Assembly (NCBI RefSeq): GCF_001194135.2
Contig: NC_068982.1
Span: 181,113,271 to 181,177,270 of the forward strand
Origin: Octopus bimaculoides
Lineage: Eukaryota
Length of the DNA: 64,000 nucleotides
Direction: 5' to 3'
Below the pieces are notes generated by a model. That model was not told the DNA's origin. It made no database searches and saw only the letters and a list, made by a program, of their open reading frames with translations. This document shows positions 12,328 to 27,190 of this stretch, one piece after another; position 1 is the stretch's first letter, and the number at the start of each line of letters is the position of its first letter. A program made the translations under genes and the position numbers.

Positions 12328-15037
12328 ACACAGAGAGACACACAACCACTGTGTTCATAATATTTGTTCATTGAAGGACCTTTTTTTATTTTTTGTCTAT
12401 TCAGTCTTGTCTCATCATATATATTCTACAAGGAGTACATTGCCTATTGATAATATTTAATTGTAATTTAATTTAAAATTTAGAATAACTTCTTTATTCT
12501 TATATTTGGTTCGAAACAATTCTTGAAAAATCTATATTATTAAATCCCCTTATTAAATTTTTACCGAGACATTCTGATGTTAGTCATTTGCGATAAAATT
12601 CAGCAAGAGTGATGTGTGACTTGGGTATACAAAATATACAGTAGGCTACATTATGTTTATCAGAATGCTACGTATACATTACAGAAACTGTCTGAAAGAA
12701 ATAGGATCGATCGAACATTGCGCAATTAGCACATACGATTTCTATAAACTGTAATATGGTGGAACATCTGATTAGTTTCGTGAAGATTGATGTGATTATT
12801 ATTATTGTAGTTTTTCTCACCTTACACTTATGAGAATAAGTTTACTTATGTTATATGAGTTTCTACCTTCATTTGATGTTTTACTTACTGGACATCTCTG
12901 TCCTTCCATTTCGATCGGCTAAATACAGGTAATATATTTTGATAAATTGAATCTACATATCTTAATCACTTAGGAAGGAAAAAAAAACATATCACAAATA
13001 TATATAAAATCGGAAAATTGTCATTAAATCTCAGTGATAATATAACTTTAGATTCAATTTACATTTAATTTTGAGTTTTGCATTGGAGACGAGTTTAAAT
13101 GCTAGTTAAGCATGATTTATTTATAAATGACTGATAATATATCATTTTTCCATGATTTGGTAAATTGCCTGTTGAAGTATCTTCACTACTTTTACGATTT
13201 CTGATATTTATATTAACCATCACATTATTGCAATTGTCCGCCCTAATAGTAATCGACTTGTTATTTTCCATTCATTCATCATGTTGACATATTATCGAAG
13301 ATCTCCTAAATATCAATATAGTTACATTAAGTAGTATAAATTGTTCTGTATTGTTTATAGGAAAACCATTTATTATATGAGAAGCCTCTCTGGAAGGCAA
13401 TATGATACATCTTTTATGATAACATCTTACAATTTGTAGAAGTCGATTATCCTTGGGATTACAGATGAAAATTATTTTGAAAATATAAAAAAAAACAACA
13501 CCTTAAGTTAAAGTTAGTAAGCAGAAAATAGAAAGTATGAGCCTATTATCGATTAGAATTTAAGTCTCGTGTCCTACAGTGGTGGTGCAGTATTTCTTTA
13601 CCATGTTCTACTGTTTTTCAATTGGCAGGAAAATTAGCTGCGAGCACTGTTTCACCTCTCTAGTCATTAAGTTTCAGGTCTAAAATTAAACCTCTCTAAT
13701 TTGCTGTTGTATTTACATTTAATGTCGCATATCTAGCCATCCATATTCCGAGGATATAAAATAATTTAGTGTTCAATATTGGAAGCTGTTAATACAGTAA
13801 CAAACAAGTCTTTCATTCCATTTTGTTTACAAAGGATACGAAAAATCCAAATCCAAATGTCATTTCACATATGTGAAATCATCAGAAAGGAAGCGAACAA
13901 CCGGTCACAACTTGTGCGGATGACCACATTAATTGAGTTTGTAACAGATCTCTGCTACCTTGGCTGGATGTAGGTGAAGTAGCAAGCGTTATGCAATTAG
14001 CTGTGATTCTAAAACTAACGTCATAATAGAGCCAAGTGAATTATTATTGAATTTAAAGCATAGAATGTAGTGGACAGAAGGGCAAGACATAGCGATAGGA
14101 TAGAAAAAAATGCGGATAATTATTGGTTCGTATTCGTATTTTATTCATATATACACACTTACATACATACGTACGCATGCACATGTACGTGTGTGTGCGT
14201 ATGTGTGTGTATGTGTGTGCGCGCGCGTGTGTATAGGGAGAGAAAACAGAGACGAAACAATGAAAATTAAAATATATTTTAAACGTATATATACATTATT
14301 TGCAAAGCATTTAAGGTTTTACGGAAATCATTTTCAACTGTGACAACATTCTTCGCTTTCAAGTCATAAAAAAAATACATTATAAAACACTCAGTTAAGT
14401 GTATTATTTCCTTTTGGTGCAAGTTCTTTTGATGTCGTCCTTGTTTCAGAATTTCTCACGAATAGGAAATATATGTGTTAAATGAAATAGTAATAGACAA
14501 CAAAACAAAGAAACAAAACCTTATCATTTTTTTGTTTATCTAACAGTTTTTATTTTATTCCCGGTTTCTTGTTTCATTTTGTCCATATCGATGCGAACAG
14601 AAGAAACAAACTGGTTTATATTGTGACAAGGGAAACATAGCTGAACTTTTCACATAATACAAAAAGTGATAGAAGAAATTTGGGTCAAAATTCTATATAA
14701 CTGACAATGACAGATATATGGTGAAACATGTGATGCGTCTATTCATAAGCGAATGCAGTAACTATTAAGGGTAATAATAAATTTCTCTTGTGAAGGCATT
14801 AAGAATACACCAATGGTCGTAAGAAAAATGCAAAAATAGGATGAATCAAACAACTAAAATTAAAATTAATGACTGATGAAATCTATATGGTTTGTTTACA
14901 TAATTTCCGATAAAAAGGCGGTAATTCAGAGATAAAAAGAGATGGCATCATTTATCTTGACATGAAAGGAAAAATGTCCCCTACTTTCCATACCATAATA
15001 ACATGATAAACAATAGCTCACGCGCACACTCACACAC

Positions 15038-15075
<38 letters not shown>

Positions 15076-15085
15076 NNNNNNNNNN

Positions 15086-15126
<41 letters not shown>

Positions 15127-15329
15127 TTATATGTATCAACCTGGATAATTGCTCGACATATTAATTGTCATTATAGGATAAAATGCAACGCATAAAAATA
15201 TTTGTGAAAAAAGAATATTAACATCTGCATTTTCGTATGTGATTAATGTTCAGCTATTATATCCCCATGATACTATTTAATATATAAGGATCACCAGTAG
15301 TTGTTCTGTTTTTGATAGTAGGGTGCATC

Positions 15330-16950
15330 TGAATCTAAAAATAATGAAATACAAAAAAAAATGTTTGTTCTTTTACTCTGCGTCGGCCATGAATGAGGAG
15401 ACCCAAAGTTAATGCTTTTCAGTTATGGCTACTTCTTGTTTTAGTGCATTTCCAGTTCTGTTGTTATAGAGGGATCTTTTGACAGAGAGGCATTATGTCG
15501 TACTATGAGTGCCACCCAGAAATCCATCTTTCTACTTATATCATAACAGCGCCTAATTAATGACGTTAGTACTCTGAATGTGTCAATGTTGCCTAGTGAA
15601 AAGTTTCAGTTGCAATATTTCTACTTACATATATCTCTAATCTTGCAAATGCAGCAATCTCCGATAAAGAAATATATGTCTTGGGACCATACTAAAAAAA
15701 AGTCGCTTTTCAATTGGCAAATTTACTTCTAAACAGCTTTCTCTCCGGTTGTTTCCATATTAGGCTTGGCTGCTGTAAAATTTATTAGAATATGGAAGAT
15801 GCTGTTCTTCCACAAATTGTGTTGGTCGTAAGCGTTCTAGTTTAGCGTTTGGTGGATATATGTTCCTTATGCTTGTATTGGTTGAATGGGAAAATACTAT
15901 TTTCAGGATATTTTTATGGAATTGATATGGTATTTGCGTTTTATCGTGTGTGTTAGAACGTCGTTTCTTGTAGAGACGGTGATTTTGCAGTTGAAAATTC
16001 CTTCAACATCATTATGGATCACGCGCATGGTTATTTGGTCCGTCATTTTAAGAGTTTTAATTTCTTACTGCTTGTAGCTTCAGTTCGTCGTCCCTTTATA
16101 ACAGGTCATAATGCGTAGATCACCGAATAATTAGTAAATTATGTCTTATTGAAGTAAAATAGGAGGCAATAGAAATGCCATTATCCATCATGAATCTAAT
16201 AAAAAAAAAATCGTATACCTTAGGTAATATTCTTGTCCATCATTAGATAGACAAGAATGTGATTGCGCTATTTACTTTGCATAATTTATTTTGCGTGTTG
16301 TAAATGTTGTGCATATTTGCTTTCTGTCTGATATCTTTATGTTGTTGTGTGGTACTTGATTTATATTTGATTTTCCTTAGTGTTGCTGCCTAGAAAGGAG
16401 TCAATGTTTACGTACTAATTTTAAATAAGTGTTGCAGAAATGCATTGTAAAAAGAAACATGTTCGCTTGGAATAATTGTGCAACAGCGAGTGGAGACTTT
16501 CAGAGATGCAGATGCGGTTAGTGTCATGTTATCTGGATGAAACTGTATGTGTATTTTAGCAATTTATAGGATGACAGTGCAGGTATAAGTTTCAAACAGT
16601 AGCTGAGGAGACAATTAGGGAAATTGCTGATTCCAGAAGTGATATCCGTTGGTACTATATGATTATGGCGAATTGGTAGGTAGTTTATGTGCTGTTTCTT
16701 ATGTGACGATTAAAGATTTCTCGTAGCAGGATAGCAATGAATGGAATTGTAGAAATTTGATTGTTATTAGTAATTAGAGGGAAAAAAGGAGCAGGAGTTG
16801 TATGTTGATGTAATAATAGTTTTTTAACGTTAATGCCGTAATTTTAGTATTAGTGGTTCACTTTAGTGATCTGCATAAATAATATAATTGCAAGAGAGAC
16901 GTGTGCGGATTGACTATATTTTGAGTCGACTAAGTAAAAGTGTTGAAGGT
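15330..16950 (-). mobile_element. Very old APE-type LINE relic (I/Nimb-like, possibly with RNase H)
   Basis: Minus frames give remnants in the expected order: IAILL (APE), IMMLKEF, NANTISIP, NAYD (RT) and LWVSSF (RNase H WVPSH-like). Heavily mutated. Confidence 0.4.
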
Positions 16951-17399
16951 GTGCCTAATAAGGTAAGTAGCCTTTATGATGTTAGTGCTGTTCAATTTTT
17001 GATGGATCTTAGAATCGTCGTAAATCTGCCCAGATTTTACATTCTATTAATATTACAGCATTGATATATATAGTTAAGATGTTTGTTTATGAAATGTTCC
17101 TTTCCGTTCCTTGGTAAAGTTAGTGCATGCTTGTACTTTTGTCTTCTTGTAGATATTTAGTTGTTGTTGTCTGAGAGGATCCTGGTGGAAGGACGTGTTC
17201 AGAATCTTGGTCAAGGTGAAACGTACACACTTTCTTTCTGTTTAACTCTTTCAGCTTCAGTTGCGTGATTTTTGTTGACTGATTTCCGATAAATAGCTAA
17301 CAAGGTCATTTGCATGCTCTCGCAGTGTAAATATATCATACCAGTTTGTTAATGAGTTAGACTACGATATGAACTTTGTATATGATGATGGGGATGAAG

Positions 17400-17447
17400 A
17401 TGATAACGACGACGACTACGAGGATAAAATGGTGTCAATGATGATGT

Positions 17448-17496
<49 letters not shown>

Positions 17497-17665
17497 GGTG
17501 GTCGTGGTCGTGGTTGTGATGAGGATGATGATGAGGAGGNNNNNNNNNNNNNNNNNNNNNNNNNNNNNNNNNNNNNNNNNNNNNNNNNNNNNNNNNNNNN
17601 NNNNNNNNNNNNNNNNGAGGAGGTGGAGGAGGTGGAGGAGGAGGAGGTGGAAGTGGAGGAGGAGA
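17400..17665. repeat. (GAT)n/(GGT)n/(GAG)n compound microsatellite spanning a gap
   Basis: Directly visible. Confidence 0.95.
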
Positions 17666-19189
17666 TATAAATAGTGTTTTACTTCTGAAGTTTTCGTTTT
17701 ACATCCTGCTAGATGTTTGTTAGTCTTCTGTGTCTATTGTTTTTGTTTGTTATTCACTTCTTTGTTTCATGGTGGGATTTATGTCCGCTATGAGTGATTT
17801 TTCGAATATTGTCTTCCAGTTTGCCACTGGCTTTTATGGAAGTGATTATTTATATTGCTTGCTGTTACTTGAATGGGTAACATTTATTCTAATTGCAAAA
17901 ACTTCACCATTAGTAAGTTCAAAACTTAAGACGGCTTTTATAACTGTATACAATATTCTTAAAACGGCGTGTAAAAACGAATTCTCGAACCAATTTATTG
18001 TCATGCGCATTGCTGTGACTATAAGTGTTTGTCGTAAAATAGCAAATATAACTTTCCCACATTCAGATAGGGGTCACATAAATGCATAAATCTTCACAAT
18101 GTTATAGAAACAAATGTGCAGTAGTAATAAATTTATTCAAAACCATTTCAAGATTAGGGTAACCCTGAATTGGTTAAAACAAAACTTTTGCGAATCTTGT
18201 GGCACAAATGCAGCCATCATGCAGAAGGAAACCTTATATAAAGAAACCTTCACTTAAATATCCTATCACAAACCGAGCTAGGTTTGGTGTAATGATATAC
18301 AGAGTGTGAAGTTCATGAATTCTTGCGATTCAACCGACTTTGTTGTAATACAATTGTATTTCTTATTACTTAGACGGACCCAGGCCAAAAAGAAAACTAG
18401 TATGGATCATGAAAGTGAGGGAAACCAGGTTACTAATTGCTAAAGACAAATAATATAATTGCAGTAAATTTTCTATTTTCTCTTCAATCTGTGAAGCAAA
18501 TTCTTTGTGTTCTGGAATATATCCATGAGTTTGAAATCCGAAAATGGTTTAGATATGAAAAACAGGATTTGAATTTGTGTTGATTTAATTGGAAATTGAA
18601 TGGCACATATTTGAAATATATTTGGACACTAATACTCCGACATTCAGGTTTCAATATTCACATAGACATGATTAGTGATCATCCTCATCGAACTTACTGA
18701 TTGTCAATTAACATACCATGGGTCAAACCTATAAGGTTGAAACATTACAATTTGACATTGGAACTAAAAATGATAGTGCTCAAGAGCACTTATACGGAGG
18801 TTCAATATATATAGACATTCATGTTATCATGTTTCTAAAGACAGTAACAAAATTCTATTATGCAAAACCTTTGACATTCGTATGGGTAGGGAAAAATATC
18901 ATTCCGAATTATTATCTCCAGAGTATAATGTCGTAGAGAATGAACGCGATAATCTTGCAATAATGAGAATTATAAATCCTAGTCCTGATGAAGACGTCGA
19001 CAAACCATTACCAAGAGTTTCGACGCATAATCACTAAAGAAAAATCCGTATCATTTACATACAAGGATCTACACAACGTGAAGTTACTGTTTGTTCCCTT
19101 AAATAACTTTAAATGTGCATACTGGAAGATCTGCTTGGAAAATGATTATTGTATGATACTCAATGCAGTGACTATGATATTCAATGATT

Positions 19190-19280
19190 TTTACTGAGTG
19201 AACAGATTTCAGATGAGTTCTCAAAAATAGCCTCTAGTTTTCCACACTGCATTGTGTCTATATTATAAACAAGTACTTTA
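19190..19280 (+). mobile_element. Possible PIF/Harbinger transposase remnant
   Basis: Translation QISDEFSKIASSFPHCIVSI resembles the Harbinger motif F....FP.CIGAIDG. Short match only. Confidence 0.3.
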
Positions 19281-20657
19281 TTAATTGTCTCTCAGAAAGA
19301 GAAACTGTTATTTTCAGTGATCAAGGCCAAGTCATTGAAAAGTTGTTCATTAATCATATTCATGCTAAATATTTTCCTGATATAGATAACTGACAGGATG
19401 TGATGAAATCATTACAGACATCCAACTGAATATCGACGCAAAATAGAAACAAGAAACTGAAAATCATTTGAAGCTGATGCAGCGCTAGTAACCACAATTT
19501 GCAAATACGCATCAGCGCTTCCTGGCAATAAAAAATGAATCTTTTTACTCTGAATATGCCTCAATAAAAACCTGCAAGTAGTGAAATCACGTACTTAACT
19601 TATACACTGTCCTGGAAATATTTTCTATCAAATGTAAAACAATTGTCATTGCTAATGATCGAAGGTACATATGTTAATGGGGAGCAAAGATTAACATGAA
19701 GCATATGCCGTGAAACGATATGTTGAAAGAAGGAAACGTTATGATAGAAATGGTTCACTGCCAAAGCTTAAAAATGTGGAATGTTTTCAGGTGAATTTCG
19801 TACTGAACAATAAAATTTATCCCTATAATATCACAAAATGATTTCAAAATCTTGCACCTACCCATCTCTATCGCTTCTGCTAGTAGAAATAAATTCATAT
19901 CAGTTTGATACAGTCTTTTCCAAATTCGTTTAATTCTGAAAGCCATTGTGATGAATTACTGCTTGCTGATAATGTGGATGATGCAAAGATCAAAAGTATT
20001 TTTACTACATGTACTATATATATTGTTGTAAAGAAATGTTTTACAGGAAAAGGCTGGTTTAAGTAATATTTTGTAAGACCATACGATTTTGGGGATACAG
20101 AGTAACTTTGTAGAATTACGTCACAAAATTTTTATGGTCGATCGAGGATTTGATCATCAAAATTATTGTATACAAACCAGCAGTATTTCATGCCACGTTC
20201 CAGGATATGTTGTACTGAGATGCACATATGATAACCTTGTTGAATATATGTCGTGCAGTGTCTATGATGGTGATTTAGTGTTGTTGAATTCTAAAAGACT
20301 TCATGCTGGTTCTTAGAGTAATTCATATTCTTTTGATGTTTAGAAGGCTTTAAAAGTATTTTTTAAAAGCTTCGTTGCTTCTCTTATATACCAGTGTGCT
20401 TTAATAATAGGTTCATGACCCGAAGGCTGTTGGAGGAATTGCTTGCTACGTGGTCGTGTTAGTTACTTTGGGTGTTAGAAAGTGTTTAGAACATAAAAAC
20501 AGCACATTATTTTATCACGTTGTTAAATGCATTTCTGTATTATTTCGAGATAACGAGGTGCGAATATATTAAAGTATTCTCTATGAAAAACAAAATGTTT
20601 CTAGTTCAAATGCGTAAATTGGTATGTCTCTCAACGATGCCTGTGACAGTGTATACT

Positions 20658-20691
<34 letters not shown>

Positions 20692-20704
20692 CAGACACAC
20701 ACAG

Positions 20705-20761
<57 letters not shown>

Positions 20762-21233
20762 CATATATGTATGTATGTGTGTGTGTGTGTGTGAGTGCAT
20801 ACATAAGGGAAACTTAGAGTAGTTAAAATGGCATAATCCAAATTGTAAAGGCAAAATTTTAAAGCCGTAGCGTTAACTAAAATACTGTCAGTAACATCAA
20901 TCGTGCCACGCTACTAGACCGTCAGGTCGGAAGAAATTTAGCAGTATCAGCGCCACCAGTGTTTAGGCATAAGCGAACTTTAGGTTAGTTAAACTAAATT
21001 TGTGACATATTTCAACTTCCCTTACAGTAGACAAAAAAATTTCTTTCATGGTAAATGTTTCAATAAACACCGTATCGTCCCAGTGCTGTCCCCTCTCAAA
21101 TTATGGTTTCTAGCTCTTTAGCTCTTATTATTAATAGGAAATACCGAAGACAGATAACTCTGGGCAGAAGTTTAAACCCTACATAGTCAACAACATTGAC
21201 TGATTTGCGGTATTAGAGTGGTCTAATATATAC

Positions 21234-21302
<69 letters not shown>

Positions 21303-22045
21303 GAGAGATACATACATACATACATACATACATACAGATAATATACCCAGATGATCATATACAAGTAGGTGCTGTTCAAGCACTCTAGTATAATCCATGT
21401 TCTGGCTAACCGCAATGCTATGGAATACCTGAGTCTATTTAAAGTAGGCACTCCCAATGTATTTCACTTGATAGTTAAGAACTTACATAATTGGAAATAG
21501 GAAATGCAACTTATTCCTCCAAGAAATATTCCAATTTTCAAGTCTAAATAGTAAACAGGAATTAACCTGAAAATGTGAAAAAAAAAAAAAAATCAAGCCA
21601 TTCAAATATTTGCCCAGAAAAGCTAAATAATTAATTAATTAATATCATGTAGGTTGGCGATACTAAGAGTTCACATGGGCAATATTAGTATAATAACCGG
21701 TTTTCTTTATATTGTATTAGCAACACATAATCTCACTCTAATTGTTCTTTGATTATTTTATTTACCTTCATCTTTGGGCTACTTAATTTCTATCATTTTC
21801 TATTGATTTCCTAAGCAATTCATATATCGACTCGATCTGGAGTTCTCCAAAAATGTATTATCGATTCTGTGTAATACTTCACACATGGAATACTACACAA
21901 ACAGGTACTGTTTGGTTTGTAGTGACCCTTTTGTTCTTTTCGAAAACATGAATGGAACCATGACACTCATCCACCACACTCCGCAACATGACGACTAAAG
22001 ACAGAATGAGAGAAAAAGAAAAAGGCAAGGATAAAAGCAGTATAA

Positions 22046-22540
22046 TACGAGAGGTTGCTGAAATGTTCCTGGCTTTGGGTAAAAGAAAATACAGGAGGAT
22101 CAAATAATTATGATTTTATTCAACATATTCCTCTCTCAGGATCACACACATATTGCAGCGGTCCTTCAGCGTTTCTAAGCCCTTTAAAAAGAATACGGAA
22201 TGCTGGGCCTCCAGCTAGATCCCTGCAACAGGAATCACGTCCCGAATCAGAGCGAAATGTTCAGATGTTTCTTCAGTTGTGGAAGAGTTCATAGTTGGAG
22301 GGGACCAGGTCAGGAGGGTAAGGTTGGTGGTCTACCAATTCGAAGCGAAAATCGCGCATTTTCCGTAAAGTGTCAAATGGTGTGTGTGCTCATGCGACCC
22401 TTTGGCAATTATTTTAACAGAAATCTGTCTTTGTCCCAAATGACTGATGCCAAAATCTTTCCAGCAGATTTCTGGGTCAGAAACGTCTAGGGGCGCAGTG
22501 AATCACTGTGGCGCTACTCAACTGTTTCATCCATAGTGAC
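22046..22540 (-). mobile_element. Mariner transposon, right end with TIR and decayed C-terminal transposase
   Basis: Terminus TACGAGAGGTTGCTGAAATGTTCCTGGCTTT resembles a mariner TIR. Minus translation LRKMRDFRFELVDHQPYPPDLVP corresponds to the HPPYSPDLAP motif. Confidence 0.8.
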
Positions 22541-22800
22541 TAAACCAGTTCAAAAGTCAGCCTATCCTACTGCAAACTAGTCGGAGGTTTAGTTAAAATA
22601 CTGTTTGTGCTTGTGTCCTTTATTTAGGTTTTTCCTCCATTAATTTGAATATTTCTCTATTTCCCTTTTATGAAGATAAATGAAAAAGAAAATAAAATGA
22701 AATGAAATGAAAAAGGAGAAATTGAAATCAACACCATAAACGAAAAAGTAAAATGCTAACTAAAGGACATAGGTACAAACAGTATAGTAAGTAAACCGAT

Positions 22801-22840
<40 letters not shown>

Positions 22841-24545
22841 ACACACACACTCACACACTCACACACACTCACACACTCACACACTAACACGCAAACCACG
22901 CATAGAAAACAAATAGACCCGTGCAAGCACATGCATACGCGCACACCACACACATGCGCACACGCACGAACGCACGCACACACACGCACNNNNNNNNNNN
23001 NNNNNNNNNNNNNNNNNNNNNNNNNNNNNNNNNNNNNNNNNNNNNNNNNNNNNNNNNNNNNNNNNNNNNNNNNNNNNNNNNNNNNNNNNNNNNNNNNNNN
23101 NNNNNNNNNNNNNNNNNNNNNNNNNNNNNNNNNNNNNNNNNNNNNNNNNNNNNNNNNNNNNNNNNNNNNNNNNNNNNNNNNNNNNNNNNNNNNNNNNNNN
23201 NNNNNNNNNNNNNNNNNNNNNNNNNNNNNNNNNNNNNNNNNNNNNNNNNNNNNNNNNNNNNNNNNNNNNNNNNNNNNNNNNNNNNNNNNNNNNNNNNNNN
23301 NNNNNNNNNNNNNNNNNNNNNNNNNNNNNNNNNNNNNNNNNNNNNNNNNNNNNNNNNNNNNNNNNNNNNNNNNNNNNNNNNNNNNNNNNNNNNNNNNNNN
23401 NNNNNNNNNNNNNNNNNNNNNNNNNNNNNNNNNNNNNNNNNNNNNNNNNNNNNNNNNNNNNNNNNNNNNNNNNNNNNNNNNNNNNNNNNNNNNNNNNNNN
23501 NNNNNNNNNNNNNNNNNNNNNNNNNNNNNNNNNNNNNNNNNNNNNNNNNNNNNNNNNNNNNNNNNNNNNNNNNNNNNNNNNNNNNNNNNNNNNNNNNNNN
23601 NNNNNNNNNNNNNNNNNNNNNNNNNNNNNNNNNNNNNNNNNNNNNNNNNNNNNNNNNNNNNNNNNNNNNNNNNNNNNNNNNNNNNNNNNNNNNNNNNNNN
23701 NNNNNNNNNNNNNNNNNNNNNNNNNNNNNNNNNNNNNNNNNNNNNNNNNNNNNNNNNNNNNNNNNNNNNNNNNNNNNNNNNNNNNNNNNNNNNNNNNNNN
23801 NNNNNNNNNNNNNNNNNNNNNNNNNNNNNNNNNNNNNNNNNNNNNNNNNNNNNNNNATATATATATATATATACACGCTCACATGCTTACTGGATACCTA
23901 ATACATGAATGTCAAGAGCCATGTTAAACTATTCTATATCATCTATGTAAATGTACTTAAAAATTCTTATTTTTTTCTAGGGCAGAATCTTTCGATTAGG
24001 TGCGTGCTTACAAAAAAGTATTTTCTATGAATGAAATATGTATTTCTAAATAGATTTTGAGCACCCTATGATACTGGGAACGGCAATAACAATAACACTT
24101 GATTGTTATCGTTTCTATTGTGTTCTCTTACTCTCATTGCGAAAACATGACTTTTTCGACTTTACTTGCAAATGATATTGTTTGGTCACGTTAGGGCAAG
24201 TAGATGGAACATTTTTTGAAAACATTTACATGTATAATTTTATTGGAGCCTATGTTTGTAGATTCATACAAATGTTTATGCTAGACAATATTTGTTCATG
24301 TAAGGAATATTTACATTATGCAGTAATCATTGCTACACATGTTTTTTTAAATCTAACCATCCCATCTTTTTCTGTTATTTACTGTTATCTGCCTATTGTA
24401 AAAGGTATATCCTAGTTTACATGATTCGGTAGAAAACTCTTGTATCACAGTAGGGTGTGAATATAAGTGAGATTTCTCAACCATTCCTGATACTTCGATC
24501 AATCAAATATATCCCCAGTCATTGATGTAAACACACACACACACG

Positions 24546-24596
<51 letters not shown>

Positions 24597-25082
24597 TTCG
24601 GGTTCGTGGAGTTTAATCAGCATTTAATCCATAACATTATATTCCAGAAATTTGTTGACAAAAATGAAAATATTAAATTTCAAAGAACTATGTTCAATGC
24701 TTCGATTTAGCGATTTTTCTCTGTATCTTACAGCCAACAAAACTTTCATATCTTCACTTTAAAATGGTAAACAGTAAAGTATGGTGTTGGCTAGGATCAA
24801 AATATTCCTATATAATTCTAATGCCATATTAATCACGGTATTTATTGATGGCCTGGTTATTTCTAATGTCAAAATTAGGGAAAAAATAATAAATGTTTTT
24901 CAAAGAGGGAACTCGAAGGCGATACACCTATAAATAATAGATCGAAATTAGCAGGGTATAACATCTTGGCTGGAAAATTTGAAGTTTGCTTGTAGGATAA
25001 GAAACAACATCCTCTGTAAATATGTGTCAGATATCCCCCAGTGCAAACACATACAGATCTAATACATACTTTTAATACATAC

Positions 25083-25255
25083 TGCGGCACAAAGCAAGCC
25101 CAAAGTTTTACGCAGTGATATTGAATTCAAGAGCTTGCATTTGAGAAGCGAACGTATTAAACACATAAATATAATACTGCCGAGGCGACATCCTTGCATT
25201 TGACAAATGGGCACGCTGCTGCTGCTGCTGATGATGATACTATTGCTGCTGCAAC
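25083..25255 (+). repeat. ~170-bp dispersed repeat, copy 1 (SINE-like)
   Basis: About 85% identical by manual alignment over the first ~135 nt to 26297-26480. Ends in (GCT)/(GAT) repeats. Confidence 0.85.
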
Positions 25256-26296
25256 AAGACTATAGCAAGTAATTGAAGACGCTAGAATTATTTTACCGTA
25301 AAAAATATTCCAGGTATGTGATAAAAACAATAATGACATTAATAATGCTTTTTTCTTTTTGTTTATGACTCCACAATGAGGAGTTATTTAATCGATTTAC
25401 TTTAACACAAACGCCCTTCCTGTCCGACCTGTATTATCTTTGAATGTTGATAGATTCCAAATCTCTTACTTTCTATTAACTTTCATTCGAAATGTTCACG
25501 TGCGTTTTAAAGAATATCTATAAGTATGTAAACAACCATAGACTTACTATGTCCACGGAAGAAGAAGTAAGGATTTAAATTCAGGGAGGTTGGTTTACAT
25601 AGCTTTTATATGCATGTATTTGTAAGAAGTAAAAGCAAGCATTACATTTTAGACGGTTTTGGATTCCTACAACTTGGCAAATTCAAGCAGGATTTTCCCA
25701 GTATAGTTATGGTGTGAAATATGTGTTACAAAAATTGCCTGGGTGCCTATTGGTGAGACCTTTTCTGATGAGAGCTAGAAAGTGTCAATCGATCGGTGTA
25801 ATTCTGGAACTCAACGTTATTTACAGGAATTTTCTCTGTAACAATTATTCAGGAAGAAATCTTGTTTTGGGACAAATCCATTCTCAGAAATATGGAAAGC
25901 CCTGAAAAGTTACAATACCACTATTACCCTGTGAATAAATCAATCCAAATAACATCTGTGCAGCCGAAAAATAGGTTTTTCATTACAAATCTAATTGACA
26001 AGAGCCTTTAATGTTATATTCTACATTTTACCCTGATGGAAAACTCAGACGTCAGATCAAGGGATCTGCTGTTATTATCTAATCATTTTAGATAGAAATA
26101 AACGTCCTAATATTTATATATTAACGAATTTGTTATCTGACACATTTCTCTTACGTTACTGGCAACATAATCTCGCCGTGTGAAATGCGTCGTTGTAGCA
26201 GCTTATCCAATATCAAACTCAGCCTATCATATGTGTGGGTTTCTACTGCTTAGCGTGCGTTTGTGTGTATTAGGTGCTTTGAAATGTAATAGAATA

Positions 26297-26516
26297 TGCG
26301 GCACAAAGCGAGCCCAAAGTTTTACGCAGTGATATTGAGTTCAAGACCTAGCGTTTGAGAAGCAAACATAGAAGACACATAAGCATAATACTGCCTGGGT
26401 GACGTCCTTTCTTTTGACAAATGGACACGCTACTGAAACTGATGCTGCTGATGATGATGATGATGCTACTGCTGCTTCTACTACTACTACTGCTACTACT
26501 ACTACTACTACTACTG

Positions 26517-26582
<66 letters not shown>

Positions 26583-26595
26583 TCATTACACTACT
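26297..26595 (+). repeat. ~170-bp dispersed repeat, copy 2, with expanded (GAT)/(ACT)n tail
   Basis: Direct repeat of 25083-25255. Contains a B-box-like GAGTTCAAGACC at 26337-26348. Confidence 0.85.
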
Positions 26596-26812
26596 AACCA
26601 TATATTTATTTCAGCTACGAAGTCTGATGATAGTGCAATTTGGGAAAAAAGGGCGTGTGTTTCTCAACGACTTTCCAATGACAGTGCAGAAGCAATTAAA
26701 TGCTTATTGCACCCTTTATAGTGCAGCTAATATATATTTTGAATCTACATGCAGTGCTTTACCAGTACACATATAACAGCATACATTCAACATGGAAAGG
26801 AAAATTCCAGGA

Positions 26813-26878
<66 letters not shown>

Positions 26879-27059
26879 TTGTGTGTTTGTGTGCCACAAA
26901 TATACCGTAACGTAATTACTAGCAACCATTGAGCCAATTAATTACATACATATAAATACACACATGCATATAAGTACAGAAGCATACACATATTCACGCA
27001 CACAGCTAGGATCATAGAGAAAGAGGGATAGGGCAAATATGATAGATAGTTTTATATAT

Positions 27060-27086
27060 ATATNNNNNNNNNNTATATATATATAT

Positions 27087-27129
<43 letters not shown>

Positions 27130-27131
27130 AG

Positions 27132-27187
<56 letters not shown>

Positions 27188-27190
27188 CAT
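27060..27190. repeat. (TA)n-(GA)n-(GATA)n compound microsatellite
   Basis: Directly visible, with a 10-N gap. Confidence 0.95.

Noticed and set aside
17700-18500. Possible LINE relic on the minus strand
   Set aside because: I could not find a diagnostic motif to support a family call.
18983-19005. CTGATGAAGACGTCGACAAAC
   Set aside because: Lacks the GAAA core element.
25764-25795. CTGATGA-GAGCTA-GAAA-GT-GTC
   Set aside because: No closing stem II or stem I and stem III is too short; chance match.
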